A stretch of DNA of 64,000 nucleotides from an uncultured Actinomycetes bacterium (GCA_963785765.1 CAWAWM010000009.1:46281-110280); one strand, 5' to 3'. Shown: positions 18,562-28,571, numbered from the stretch's first letter. Program-made: numbers and translations. Notes: generated by a model from the letters alone, not told the origin.

Positions 18562-18636
18562 CGCCGCCCGCTAGCCTTGCTAGGGCGCCGGAATGCGGCG
18601 CGGGTCAGGACAGGCAAGCGGCAAGGGAGGAGCTGG

Positions 18637-20061
18637 ATGTTCACCAGCGGCGAGGAGATCCTGCGATTCATCGGGGACGAGGAGGTCGAGTTCGTCGATG
18701 TACGGTTCTGCGACCTGCCGGGAACCATGCAGCACTTTACGGTCCCCGTTGAGTCTTTTGACGAGAAGGTCTTCTCCGATGGACTGATGTTCGACGGCTC
18801 GTCGATCCGCGGGTTCCAGCAGATCCATGAGTCGGACATGCTGCTGCTGCCGGACGCCACGACCGCCGTCGTAGACCCGTTCCGGGCCCGCAAGACGCTG
18901 AACCTGACCTTCTTCGTGCATGACCCGCTCACCGGTGAGCCGTACACCAGGGACCCGCGCAACATCGCCCGTAAGGCCCAGGATTACCTGCGGGGCAGCG
19001 GGGTCGCTGACACCGCGTATTTCGGGCCCGAGGCCGAGTTCTACATCTTCGACTCCGCCCGCTTCGAGACCTCTCCGCAGGCCAGTTACTACTACATCGA
19101 CTCGATCGAGGGCGCGTGGAACTCCGGCCTCGACGAGCCGGGCGGAAACCTCGCCTACAAGCCGCGCTATAAGGGCGGCTACTTCCCGGTCCCGCCGACT
19201 GACCATTTTGCGGACCTTCGCGCCGACATGGTCAGGGCCCTCATCGACTCCGGCATCATGGTCGAGATGCAGCACCACGAGGTCGGCACCGCCGGGCAGT
19301 CGGAGATCAACATGCGGTTCGGCGGCCTCCTGGAGATGGCCGACAACCTGATGCTCTACAAGTACGTGATCAAGAGCGTGGCCAGGGCGGCGGGCAAGAC
19401 CGTGACGTTCATGCCCAAGCCCATCTTCGGCGACAACGGCTCCGGGATGCACTGCCATCAGAGCCTGTGGAAGGACGGCTCGCCGCTCTTCTACGACGAG
19501 GTCGGCTACGCCGGACTGTCCGACACCGCTCGCTACTACATCGGCGGGCTGCTCAAGCACGCGCCGTCGCTGCTGGCGTTCACCAACCCGACGGTGAACT
19601 CCTACCACCGGCTGGTTCCCGGCTTCGAGGCACCGGTCAACCTGGTCTACTCGCAGCGAAACAGGTCGGCCTGCGTCCGCGTGCCGATCACCGGACCCAG
19701 CCCCAAGGCCAAGCGGATCGAGTTCCGGGTGCCCGATCCGTCCTGCAACCCGTACCTGGCCTTCTCGGCGATGCTGATGGCCGGCCTGGACGGCATCAAG
19801 AACAAGATCGAGCCGCCCGAGCCCGTCGACAAGGACCTGTACGAGCTTCCGCCCGACGAGGCCCGGTCGATCCCGCAGGTGCCAGGCTCACTGGACAAGG
19901 TGCTCGACACACTCGAGGCCGATCACGAGTACCTGATCGAAGGCGGCGTCTTCACGCCGGATCTCATCCAGAACTGGCTGGACTACAAGCGCACCAACGA
20001 GATCGACCCGATCAGACTGCGCCCGCACCCGCACGAGTTCGAGCTCTACTTCGACGTCTAA
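18637..20061 (+). CDS. glnA: Glutamine synthetase type I
   Basis: The ORF opens at 18469. ATG 18637 follows GGGAGG and gives [29 protein letters not shown], a typical GSI-beta N-terminus of 474 aa. An adenylylation-loop region is present near the C-terminus. Confidence 0.95.
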   Translation: MFTSGEEILRFIGDEEVEFVDVRFCDLPGTMQHFTVPVESFDEKVFSDGLMFDGSSIRGFQQIHESDMLLLPDATTAVVDPFRARKTLNLTFFVHDPLTGEPYTRDPRNIARKAQDYLRGSGVADTAYFGPEAEFYIFDSARFETSPQASYYYIDSIEGAWNSGLDEPGGNLAYKPRYKGGYFPVPPTDHFADLRADMVRALIDSGIMVEMQHHEVGTAGQSEINMRFGGLLEMADNLMLYKYVIKSVARAAGKTVTFMPKPIFGDNGSGMHCHQSLWKDGSPLFYDEVGYAGLSDTARYYIGGLLKHAPSLLAFTNPTVNSYHRLVPGFEAPVNLVYSQRNRSACVRVPITGPSPKAKRIEFRVPDPSCNPYLAFSAMLMAGLDGIKNKIEPPEPVDKDLYELPPDEARSIPQVPGSLDKVLDTLEADHEYLIEGGVFTPDLIQNWLDYKRTNEIDPIRLRPHPHEFELYFDV

Positions 20062-20071
20062 GCACCGTCGG

Positions 20072-20116
20072 CTGCGCCCCCGCCGCGGGGAGGTCCTCTC
20101 CGCGGCAGGGGCGCAG
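20072..20116 (+). terminator. Long GC hairpin after glnA (17-bp stem with one C.A mismatch)
   Basis: CTGCGCCCCCGCCGCGG ... CCGCGGCAGGGGCGCAG, starting 11 nt after the TAA stop. Confidence 0.55.
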
Positions 20117-20517
20117 TCCTGCCTCGGCTTGCCGTCACGAGTCCCGGCGGCCCGGGGGGCGACATCCGTCATCGATAACGCCAGCGCTGGGTCAGTGGCC
20201 CCGTCAAATCGGCTTAAACGTAGCCCAATTAGGCCTGTTCTAATTGCATGAGGCTTGCTGTAATTGCGCGACTCTACCAACGCACCTGACTTACCCCCAT
20301 ACTTATCCGCAATGGTAGCCACCGGCGAGCCCCTTGGATGTCTTCGGAGATCCACCATGACCGGCCCGGCCGGCCCGGGGACTTGCCATCGCACTGACCG
20401 ATCTCCCCGCTGCATGCGGCGGCCCGGCCCTACGCGGCAGGTGGCCAGCATCATCGGGCGACGTCTCAGCACCTTGGTCAGGCGAGCAGGCTCAGGCACT
20501 CAGGGAGGGACCGATCG

Positions 20518-21606
20518 ATGGAGGGGACCTGCGGAAACTGCGGCCAGCCGTTAGCGGCTGGCGACACGTTCTGCGGCAGTTGCGGCCAGCCGGCCGAGAC
20601 GGCGGCGGGGGCACCGACCGTGCTGATCGATGATGTGGTGGGGACGACATCGAGCGCGGCAGCGACACCCTGGCCAACCAGCGGCGACCGGACCTCCAGC
20701 AGCAGCAGCAGCAGCAGCGACCGGACCTCCAGCAGCGGCGGGCGGACCTCAAGCAGCGGGCGGGCAGCTACGAGCGATACGGCGCTGGGCGGCTGGGCGA
20801 CGAGAATCGGCGGGGCCATCCCGGCCGACGCAGCGCTCGGACAGCGGACGCCGAATGCGCAGTATCTCGGTCTGCGGCTCGCCTACGACAAGGTCCCTGA
20901 GCCGTCGTTCGATCCCCTGGTCAATCGCTCGCTGCTGGTCCAGTACCTCGTGCACTACCTCGTGTACGTCGTGGCCTATCTTGTCGGCGCCGTGGTAGCT
21001 GGCATCGTGCTGCTGATCCTCGCCTTCATCGGGCTCGGCTTCGACACCGCGTCCAGGCTGTGGCTCATCGGCGCCGTACTGGCCGGAATCCTGTTCGGCT
21101 GCCTGTACTGGCTGATCCCGGTACCCGCGCTGCTCTCGGAATGGAAATTTGCCGTCGATGACCAGGGAGCGGCCGCTCCGGTCGCTTTCGAGCACATCAT
21201 CTGGGCGTTGCGCCGGCGTGAGACACCGCTCGACTCCCTCGAGGTACGCCGCCTTAAGCTCGCTGGCGGTGAGAGCCGTGACTACCTGGAGCTGCGCCGC
21301 GGGCTGTTTACCGGGTTCATCTCCTGTTTTGCCTACGGGCAGGACCTGTACGTGGGCTGGACGTTCTGGCTGCGGATTTCTCCGCTGCGCTGGCTGCTGA
21401 TGACCCTGGCGCGCCTCTGGCAGACCCTCATGCGACGGGGCACGAATCTTTACGTGACGCTCCGCTATGACTATGCCAGGGCGATGCGCGAGGCCATGCA
21501 CAGCGTGGCCCGCGAGGGCGTTGATGTCGCCGTTGGCCGCGTACAGGCCCAGGGTCAGGGCATGGCGGCCCAGACCCACGTCGCTGTGTCAGAAATCGAC
21601 GCCTGA
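20518..21606 (+). CDS. Zinc-ribbon membrane protein of unknown function
   Basis: 362 aa. AGGGAGGG RBS. N-terminal CGNCG..x..CGSCG ribbon, a Ser-rich repeat (SSSSSSSDRTSSSGGRTSSSGR), 2-3 TM helices, and an unrecognised ~170-aa C-terminal domain. Confidence 0.6.
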   Translation: MEGTCGNCGQPLAAGDTFCGSCGQPAETAAGAPTVLIDDVVGTTSSAAATPWPTSGDRTSSSSSSSSDRTSSSGGRTSSSGRAATSDTALGGWATRIGGAIPADAALGQRTPNAQYLGLRLAYDKVPEPSFDPLVNRSLLVQYLVHYLVYVVAYLVGAVVAGIVLLILAFIGLGFDTASRLWLIGAVLAGILFGCLYWLIPVPALLSEWKFAVDDQGAAAPVAFEHIIWALRRRETPLDSLEVRRLKLAGGESRDYLELRRGLFTGFISCFAYGQDLYVGWTFWLRISPLRWLLMTLARLWQTLMRRGTNLYVTLRYDYARAMREAMHSVAREGVDVAVGRVQAQGQGMAAQTHVAVSEIDA

Positions 21607-21834
21607 CGCCGCGGCAGGGCGGCGATAGCCGGATACATAGCCAAGAAACTGGGGTATCAGCCCGCCGGAGCCTGATCGGAGGATGGGGGCGCTCGGATTG
21701 AGGTTCTGTACGTCGTGTGCAGCGCGCTGGGGCGACGTCTGCCGGCGCCCGTCGCAGGCGCGGCGGGCGTTACCTGGGTCACAATGACCCAGGTACTGTG
21801 GAGCGCGGTCGGGCGGGCAAGTGCTGGAGGCACG

Positions 21835-23565
21835 GTGAGCGGCGAGGTCCCTTCGGCACCCGATAACTCCGCCGCCCATTCAGCTGAGCTTCCTGGCCGA
21901 GATGGTGATGCGGCGGCCGGGCCCGGCCAGCTCGCGGCCGGTTCGCAGATCGCCGGCTACCGCCTGATGGAGCAGATCGGCCGGGGCGGCATGGCGGTCG
22001 TCTATCGCGCGATCGATCTGCGGCTCGACCGGCCGGTGGCGCTCAAGATCCTGGCCCCGGAGCTGGCCAGGGACGAGTCGTTCCGGCATCGCTTCATCAG
22101 GGAGTGCCGGGCCGCGGCGGCGGTCGATCATCCGTGCATCATTCCGGTGTTTGACGCGGGCGAGGCGGGCGGCGTCCTGTTCATTGCCATGCGCTACGTC
22201 AGCGGACGGGACGTGCGCACGCTGCTGGACCGGGAAGGATCGCTGCCTGCCGACCGGGTGGTCAGCATCATCGAGCAGGTGGCGTCGGCCCTGGACGCCG
22301 CCCACGCGCGCGGGCTGGTCCATCGCGACGTCAAGCCGGCCAACATGCTGCTGGACTCGTCGGCCAGCAGCGGCCAGCTTGATCACGTCTATCTGTCTGA
22401 CTTCGGGCTCACCAAGCAGTCGCAGCTGACCTCCAGCCTGACCTCGACCGGTCAGTTTCTGGGCACCCTGGACTACATCGCGCCGGAGCAGATCGAGGGC
22501 AGCAAACTGGTCGACGGTCGTGCTGACCTGTACTCACTCGGCTGTGCCGCGTTCGAGATGCTGTCCGGCGCCCCGCCGTTCAGGCGCGATCAGGGAGTGG
22601 CGGTCATCTGGGCCCAGATATCGGCCCCGCCGCCGCGGCTGACCGACCTGCGGCCGGATCTCCCGGCCGCAATCGACAGCGTGCTGGCGAAGGCGCTGGC
22701 CAAGGCACCCGGTGACCGGTACCAAACCTCCCTGGAGTTTGCCGCCGCGCTCCGCGGCGCGTGCGAACTCGGGGCCGGCTCGGCCGCGAGCGCGGCCGGA
22801 CCGTACCGGCCGACCACCCAGCCAGCGCGGTGGGCGGGCATGGCCGACGACTGGCCCGATCGCTCGGCCGCTGCCGCCTTCGCTGCGGAACCGCCCACCA
22901 GGGCCTCGAACCTGTCCCCGGCCCGGCGCAGCAACCCAGATCCGAGCTACCCGGCAGCGCAGGCGCCATCCAGCCAGCCCTACCCTCCGGCCAGCCAGCC
23001 CTACCCTCCGGCCAGCCAGCCCTACCCTCCGGCCAGCCAGCCCTACGCCCCGCCCCGCCAGCCGTATCGACGGGGCCCATCCAGGCGCCTGCCGTGGTGG
23101 CGCTCCCACGCTGTCTTGCTGGCCGGATGCCTGGCCGTTGTCTGCCTCGCGGCGGCCGCCATCGCCGCGGTGCGCAGCGGCGCGTTCCGCTCGTCGAAGG
23201 TTCCGCTGACGAGCGCCTCCTCGGTGCTGCGGACCGGCGGCCCGGCCGGTTCCGCCGGAACGGCCGCGCATCTTCCCCGTGGTCCCTCCCGCACCGTGCG
23301 AGCGTATTTCGCCGCCATCAATGCGCATAACTATCTGCGGGCCTGGGATCTGGGCGGCCGCGACACCGGCTCCAGCTACGTCGGCTATGTCAACGGCTTC
23401 GGTACCACCGTCAAGGACACCGTCACCATCGTGTCGGTCTCAGGCAGCGTGGTCACCGCCCGCATCACGGCGATGCAGACCGACGGCGCGGTCAAGACCT
23501 ACCAGGGCACGTACACGGTCATTAAGGGCGTCATCACCCAATTCAACGTGCAGCAAGTCGGGTGA
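21835..23565 (+). CDS. Transmembrane Ser/Thr protein kinase (Hanks type)
   Basis: The ORF opens at 21715. GTG 21835 follows GGAGG. Kinase motifs GRGGMAVVYRA, HRDVKPANMLL, DFGL, APE. Then a Pro-rich repeat linker, one TM helix, and a ~110-aa extracytoplasmic domain. Confidence 0.85.
   Translation: MSGEVPSAPDNSAAHSAELPGRDGDAAAGPGQLAAGSQIAGYRLMEQIGRGGMAVVYRAIDLRLDRPVALKILAPELARDESFRHRFIRECRAAAAVDHPCIIPVFDAGEAGGVLFIAMRYVSGRDVRTLLDREGSLPADRVVSIIEQVASALDAAHARGLVHRDVKPANMLLDSSASSGQLDHVYLSDFGLTKQSQLTSSLTSTGQFLGTLDYIAPEQIEGSKLVDGRADLYSLGCAAFEMLSGAPPFRRDQGVAVIWAQISAPPPRLTDLRPDLPAAIDSVLAKALAKAPGDRYQTSLEFAAALRGACELGAGSAASAAGPYRPTTQPARWAGMADDWPDRSAAAAFAAEPPTRASNLSPARRSNPDPSYPAAQAPSSQPYPPASQPYPPASQPYPPASQPYAPPRQPYRRGPSRRLPWWRSHAVLLAGCLAVVCLAAAAIAAVRSGAFRSSKVPLTSASSVLRTGGPAGSAGTAAHLPRGPSRTVRAYFAAINAHNYLRAWDLGGRDTGSSYVGYVNGFGTTVKDTVTIVSVSGSVVTARITAMQTDGAVKTYQGTYTVIKGVITQFNVQQVG
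22970..23050 (+). repeat. Three perfect copies plus one partial copy of a 21-nt unit CCAGCCAGCCCTACCCTCCGG (encodes PPASQPY)
   Basis: Perfect copies at 22970, 22991 and 23012, with a diverged copy at 23033. Confidence 0.9.
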
Positions 23566-23699
23566 GACCGGCCGTCCGGCGGACAAGCACCGAAGACGTG
23601 GTCGACAGTGGAAGCTAGCCCTGTTCTCTGCAGGGCCTGCTCTGCAGGAGCCGGAATGCCGAGCCACGGCCATCGCCGCGGCGGGAAAGGTAGGTAGGC

Positions 23700-24509
23700 G
23701 TGTCGAAGCTGTGGCGGATGGCCGCGATCGGGATCGTGGCCGGCAGCTTGCTGGCGGCGGGCGGGCTTCCGGCGCTGGCCTCGACCAGGGCCGCAGCGGT
23801 CTCGATCACCATCGCGGCCACGTCGAAGCTGGAAGTCACCGGGGACGCCGTCGTCCTGTTCCGAGCCGCGAACAGTGCGTACACCACCGCCAAGATCTCC
23901 GGCAAGATCTCCGGCGCGCCCAGCGGCAGCGCCGTCAAGCTGTACGCCCAGCCGTTTCCCTACCGGAAACCAGCGCGATCGGTCGCGTCGGCCCCGGCCG
24001 GGTCGCAGTACTCGTTCACCGTGAAGCCGGCCATCGCCACCCGCTACTACGCGGTGCTCAACACCAGCCCGGCCGTCACCTCCGCCAGGACGACCGTGTA
24101 CCTGAGCTCAGGCACGCGGGTGACCGTCAAGCGCGACTGCGTCTCCGGACCAGTCTGCAGGCCCCAGTACCGGCTCTATGTCTTCCTGCCGGCCGCGCTG
24201 ATCAAGCCCTACGTCTCCAGGCACTGGTTTACCTACCTCGGCGTGAGCCGGTCCGCCACGTCCAATAACCCGCCCCGGCCGAAGTGGCTCGACCTGGACA
24301 AGCGCGCCACGGTCTCCAAGCCCCGCCGCATCGCGGCCGACGAGTACGAGCGGACGATCGGCATGACGTTCTGGGTCGGCAATGACGCGGCCCGGTGGAA
24401 TTTCCTGGTCTGCGCTCAGGACTCCGAGGCCAGGGACGGCATCGGGCTGCCCGGTCGGCACAGCTGCGGGATCCAGCGCGTGAGCGCCGGGGTCGCCTAT
24501 CTCGGCTGA
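23700..24509 (+). CDS. Secreted protein of unknown function
   Basis: 269 aa. GTG start and signal peptide MSKLWRMAAIGIVAGSLLAAGGLPALAS. Beta-rich sequence with four Cys. Confidence 0.55.
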   Translation: MSKLWRMAAIGIVAGSLLAAGGLPALASTRAAAVSITIAATSKLEVTGDAVVLFRAANSAYTTAKISGKISGAPSGSAVKLYAQPFPYRKPARSVASAPAGSQYSFTVKPAIATRYYAVLNTSPAVTSARTTVYLSSGTRVTVKRDCVSGPVCRPQYRLYVFLPAALIKPYVSRHWFTYLGVSRSATSNNPPRPKWLDLDKRATVSKPRRIAADEYERTIGMTFWVGNDAARWNFLVCAQDSEARDGIGLPGRHSCGIQRVSAGVAYLG

Positions 24510-24698
24510 GGACAGGGCGCCAGAGTCACCGGGGGCGGCCGGGGCGCCTGGGGCGGCCGGCATCATGGCCGGCGCCACGGGTAGTGACGGCGCTGCGGGG
24601 CCAGGCGAATCCGGTTGAATGTGTTCTTCTCGGATAATGACCTGACTGGATAGCTGCCGTAATATCGGCAGTGATCTCGATTCCTTCCTATCGGATCT

Positions 24699-24730
24699 GG
24701 CCCCGTCCGGGTTGCGCACCGGGCGGGGCC
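24699..24730 (+). other. 12-bp GC hairpin (GGCCCCGTCCGG / CCGGGCGGGGCC, one G.U pair) 24 nt upstream of the AlkD-like start
   Basis: Read directly. Preceded at 24654-24671 by a second small hairpin CTGCCG-taatat-CGGCAG inside a GC-poor stretch. Confidence 0.4.
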
Positions 24731-24753
24731 GCAACTTTCGCAGCTGGAGGGCG

Positions 24754-25518
24754 ATGGGCAGCTCCGCCGGGGCGGCCGGTGCCGAGGCCATCGAGCAAGA
24801 GCTGCGCGCCCTCGGCACCCAGGAACGCGCCGCGCACGAGAAGGCGTACCTGAAGAGCGATCTGGAGTTCACTGGCACGGCCGTGCCCGCGATCCGCTCG
24901 GTGGTCAGATCCTGGCGCCGTCGGCAACCTGGCCTGGATCACGACGGCCTGGTCGCCGTGACCCGGCAACTTTGGGCGCGGCCCGTGCATGAGTGCCGGA
25001 TGGCCGCCGCCGAGTTGCTGACGGCCGATGGCCCGCTACTGGACGCCGCCGACATCGGCCTGGTGGAAGGCATGCTGCGCACCGCACGTACCTGGGCCTT
25101 GGTCGACGGCCTGGCCGCGAACGTCACCGGTGACCTGGTCCTGCGCTACCCCGAGCTGACCGCCACCCTGGACCGCTGGGCCGCTGACCAGGACTTCTGG
25201 ATCCGGCGCTCGGCCATGCTCGCCCTGCTGGTCCCGCTGCGGCAAGGCGCAGGTGACTTCGAGCGGTTCAGCCGGTACGCCGACCAGATGCTGACCGAAA
25301 AAGAGTTCTTCATCCGCAAGGCCATCGGCTGGATCCTGCGGGAGACCGCCAAACGCCGACCGGACCTGGTCGCGCAGTGGCTTGCGCCGCGGGTGCAGCT
25401 GGCCTCCGGCGTCACGGTGCGCGAGGCGGTCAAGCCGCTGCCGGCCCCCGTGCGAGACCAGCTGCTGGCCGGCTACCGCGCCAAGCACCCAGTCGCTGTG
25501 CCTCCTGTTAGCCGGTAA
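24754..25518 (+). CDS. DNA alkylation repair protein (AlkD-like HEAT-repeat family)
   Basis: ATG 24754 follows GGAGGG. Reads EKAYLKSDLEFTGTAVPAIR ... FFIRKAIGWILRE, typical of this family. Confidence 0.7.
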   Translation: MGSSAGAAGAEAIEQELRALGTQERAAHEKAYLKSDLEFTGTAVPAIRSVVRSWRRRQPGLDHDGLVAVTRQLWARPVHECRMAAAELLTADGPLLDAADIGLVEGMLRTARTWALVDGLAANVTGDLVLRYPELTATLDRWAADQDFWIRRSAMLALLVPLRQGAGDFERFSRYADQMLTEKEFFIRKAIGWILRETAKRRPDLVAQWLAPRVQLASGVTVREAVKPLPAPVRDQLLAGYRAKHPVAVPPVSR

Positions 25519-25520
25519 AT

Positions 25521-25544
25521 TCGCCGGTCGGATCCGACCGGCGA
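25521..25544. terminator. Perfect 24-nt palindrome TCGCCGGTCGGATCCGACCGGCGA between convergent AlkD-like and glnE genes
   Basis: Starts 3 nt after the TAA stop of the AlkD-like gene. 10-bp stem with a GATC loop. Confidence 0.5.
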
Positions 25545-25607
25545 GTCCGGCCCTGCTCGGCCGGCTGCCGTCCGTCGGCCGGCCGCTGAGCCCGGCGCTG
25601 CGTGCAC

Positions 25608-28571
25608 TCAGCCGTAGAACAGCTCCTCCATGACCGCCCTGGCCCGCCGGGCGGTACGCCGGTAGTCCTGCACCAGATCCTGCACGGAGTCAGGCGCATA
25701 ACCGAGCAGCCTGGCCACCCCGCTCAGCTCAGGCTGCGACGACGGCACCGTGTCAGACGCACGGCCGCGCACCAGCATCACCGCGTTCCTGATCCGGGTG
25801 GCCAGCCGCCACGCCGACTCCAGGACCCGCGCGTCGGGATCGGTCACCAGGCCCGCGTCCCTGGCGCCCGCCAGCGCGGCCAGCGTCCGGGTGGTCCGCA
25901 GCGCGGGGATCGCGTGCGCATGCCTGAGCTGCAGCAGCTGAACCACCCACTCCACGTCCGCGAGGCCGCCCGGACCGAGCTTCAGCTGCAGGGCCGGGTC
26001 GACGCCCCTGGGCATCCGTTCTGCTTCCATCCTGGCCTTGAGCCGCCGGACCTCGCGGACGGCCGCCTCAGTCATCCCGCCCGCCGGATAGCGGAATTCA
26101 TCCGCCGTCGCGATGAAGGCAGCGCCGAGGGCCTGATCGCCGGCGACCGGTTCGGCGCGCAGCAGTGCCTGCGCTTCCCAGGGCAGCGACCACCGCCGGT
26201 AATAAGCCAGGTACGAGGCCAGCGTGCGGATCAACGGGCCCTGCCGTCCTTCCGGACGCAGGCCGGCGTCGATGGGCAGGGCCGGGTCAGGTCCAGGTCG
26301 GGACAGCAGGCCGCGCAGCTCCTCCGCGATGGCGTGCGCCGCGCGGGTGGAACTCTCCTCATCCGTACCGGGCAGCGGATCGTGCACGAACATCACGTCA
26401 GCGTCACTCGCGTAGCCCATCTCATGGCCGCCGAACCTGCCCATGGCCAGCACCGCTATCCGGGTCGGCAGCGGTCCGGTCTGCTGCTCGACCTTTCTCG
26501 CCGCGACCTCGAGCGCGGCCCCGACCGTTACCGCCGCGACGGTACTGAGCGCCTCGCCGGTCTCCTCGATATCCGAGATGCCCAGCACGTCGGCAGCGGC
26601 CGTGCGCAGCAGCTCCCGGCGGCGCAGCGCCAGCGCAGCGGCGACCGCGCCCGCCGCGTCCGCATGCCTGCGTGCCGCAGCGGCGGCTTCCGAGCGCAGG
26701 GCCGGCGCGGGCCGCGGCGCGAGCTGCGCGTCGTCGGCGAGCATCGCGACCGCGTCCGGGGCGCGCAGCAGCAAGCCGACGGCGTACCTGCTGGAAGCCA
26801 GCAGCCTGGCCATCCGCCGCGCCACCCTGGTGTCGTCCCGCAGCAGTCTCAGGTACCAGGGCGAATCTCCGAGGGCCTCGCTGACCTGGCGGAAGGCGAG
26901 CAGCCCGGCATCGGGCTGCGCGGCGTCCGCGAACCAGCCGAGCATGACGGGCAGCAACGTGCGCTGAATGGCGGTCTTCCGGGAGACGCCCGCGGTGAGC
27001 GCGCCGATGTGCCGGAGTGCGCCGGCCGGGTCACTGTAGCCGAGCGCCTCGAGCCTGGCTTGCGCCGCCTGCGGGGTGAGCCTGACATCCTCGCCGGGCA
27101 GCCGCGCGACCGCCTCGAGCAGCGGCCGGTAGAACAGTTTCTCGTGCAGCTGCCTGGCCTGGCTGGCATGCTGCCGCCACTGCGCGGTCAGCTCCGCGGC
27201 GGGATCGGCGCGCTGGCCGGAGCCACCCGCCAGGTGCATTGCCCGGCCGATCCGGCGCAGCACGGCCGGGTCCTCGGGCAGCGTGTGCGTCCGCCGCAGC
27301 TGGTAGAGCTGGAGCAGGTGCTCCACGCCGCGCAGGAACCTGTAGGCGCTGGCCAGTCCCGCCGCGTCCTGCCTGCCCACGTAGCCGCCCGCGGCCAGCG
27401 CGGCCAGGGCCGCCAGGGTGTCCTGGACCCGCAGCGTCTCGTCGGTCCGGCCGTGCACCAGCTGGAGCAGCTGGACCGCGAACTCGATGTCACGCAGGCC
27501 GCCCGGGCCCAGCTTGAGCTCACGGCCGGCCTGATCGGCGGGCAGGCTGTCGAGTACCCGGCGCCGCATGGCCTGCACGTCAGCGACGAAATGGTCACGC
27601 TGGGCGGCTTGCCAGACCAGCGGGGCGAGCGCCTGCAGGTAGTCCCGGCCAAGCCCGGCGTCGCCCGCCACCGGCCTGGCCTTGAGCAGCGCCTGGAACT
27701 CCCAGGTCTTGGCCCAGCGCTCGTAATACGCCCGGTGGCTGGCCAGCGTCCGCACCAGCGGCCCGTCCCGGCCCTCGGGGCGCAGGTTGGCGTCGACAGG
27801 AAACAGCGGGCCCTCGGCCGCCGGCTGGGAGCAGATACCGATCATCGCGGCGGCCAGCTGGGTCGCGGCCCGCAGCGCGGCGTCCTCGGTCGCGGCGCCG
27901 GCCGGCGCCGCGACGAAGATCACGTCGATGTCGCTGGCGTAATTCAGCTCCCGGCCGCCGCACTTGCCCATCGCGATCACCGCCAGCCTGCACTGGCTCG
28001 CTTCCCGCTCCAGCCTGGCCGTGGCGATCGCCAGCGCGGCCTCCAGCGCGGCGGCGGCCAGGTCGGCCAGCTCCGCCGCGGTCTGCTCGATCGTGACCGC
28101 GCCGGTCAGGTCCCGGGCCGCCAGCCGCAGCAGCCGTTCCCGGTAGGCCACCCGCAGCGCGGTGACCGGGTCGTCCCCGGCTCTGGCCACGGCCAGCAGC
28201 TCGGATCGCAATTCGCCTGGCTCAGGCCGGCGGAGCGCCTCGGGTCCGGCCAGCACCCGCCAGTGCCCGGGATGCCTGGCCAGGTGCTCGCCCAGGGCGA
28301 CGCTGGCACCGAGCACCGCGAGCAGCCGGTCCCGCAGGCCGTGGTCATCGCGCAGCGCGGCCCGCAGCGCCGCCTCGTGACGCAGCCGGGCCAGGGCGGT
28401 GAGCGCCAGGTCAGGATCGGCTGCCGCGGCGATGGCATCGACCAGACCCGAGTCGGCGTCGGCCACATCGAGCTGCAGATCCTCGGTGAGCAGGCGCTCG
28501 GCGCGTGCGGTGTCAGCGAATCCCAGCACGGCCAGCCTCCCAGCCAGCGTCGTCCCTCGCGGCATCCCCAC
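25608..28571 (-). CDS. glnE: Bifunctional glutamine synthetase adenylyltransferase / adenylyl-removing enzyme
   Basis: 987 aa. Two nucleotidyltransferase modules (GKCGGRELNYASDIDVIFV and GRFGGHEMGYASDADVMFV). Confidence 0.95.
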   Translation of the reverse strand: MGMPRGTTLAGRLAVLGFADTARAERLLTEDLQLDVADADSGLVDAIAAAADPDLALTALARLRHEAALRAALRDDHGLRDRLLAVLGASVALGEHLARHPGHWRVLAGPEALRRPEPGELRSELLAVARAGDDPVTALRVAYRERLLRLAARDLTGAVTIEQTAAELADLAAAALEAALAIATARLEREASQCRLAVIAMGKCGGRELNYASDIDVIFVAAPAGAATEDAALRAATQLAAAMIGICSQPAAEGPLFPVDANLRPEGRDGPLVRTLASHRAYYERWAKTWEFQALLKARPVAGDAGLGRDYLQALAPLVWQAAQRDHFVADVQAMRRRVLDSLPADQAGRELKLGPGGLRDIEFAVQLLQLVHGRTDETLRVQDTLAALAALAAGGYVGRQDAAGLASAYRFLRGVEHLLQLYQLRRTHTLPEDPAVLRRIGRAMHLAGGSGQRADPAAELTAQWRQHASQARQLHEKLFYRPLLEAVARLPGEDVRLTPQAAQARLEALGYSDPAGALRHIGALTAGVSRKTAIQRTLLPVMLGWFADAAQPDAGLLAFRQVSEALGDSPWYLRLLRDDTRVARRMARLLASSRYAVGLLLRAPDAVAMLADDAQLAPRPAPALRSEAAAAARRHADAAGAVAAALALRRRELLRTAAADVLGISDIEETGEALSTVAAVTVGAALEVAARKVEQQTGPLPTRIAVLAMGRFGGHEMGYASDADVMFVHDPLPGTDEESSTRAAHAIAEELRGLLSRPGPDPALPIDAGLRPEGRQGPLIRTLASYLAYYRRWSLPWEAQALLRAEPVAGDQALGAAFIATADEFRYPAGGMTEAAVREVRRLKARMEAERMPRGVDPALQLKLGPGGLADVEWVVQLLQLRHAHAIPALRTTRTLAALAGARDAGLVTDPDARVLESAWRLATRIRNAVMLVRGRASDTVPSSQPELSGVARLLGYAPDSVQDLVQDYRRTARRARAVMEELFYG

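Noticed and set aside
20266-20295. tRNA-like fragment (minus strand GTTGGTAGAG, resembling a D-arm)
   Set aside because: No acceptor stem, anticodon arm or GTTCGAAT-type T-loop can be built around it. I treated it as a chance match inside the GC-poor island.
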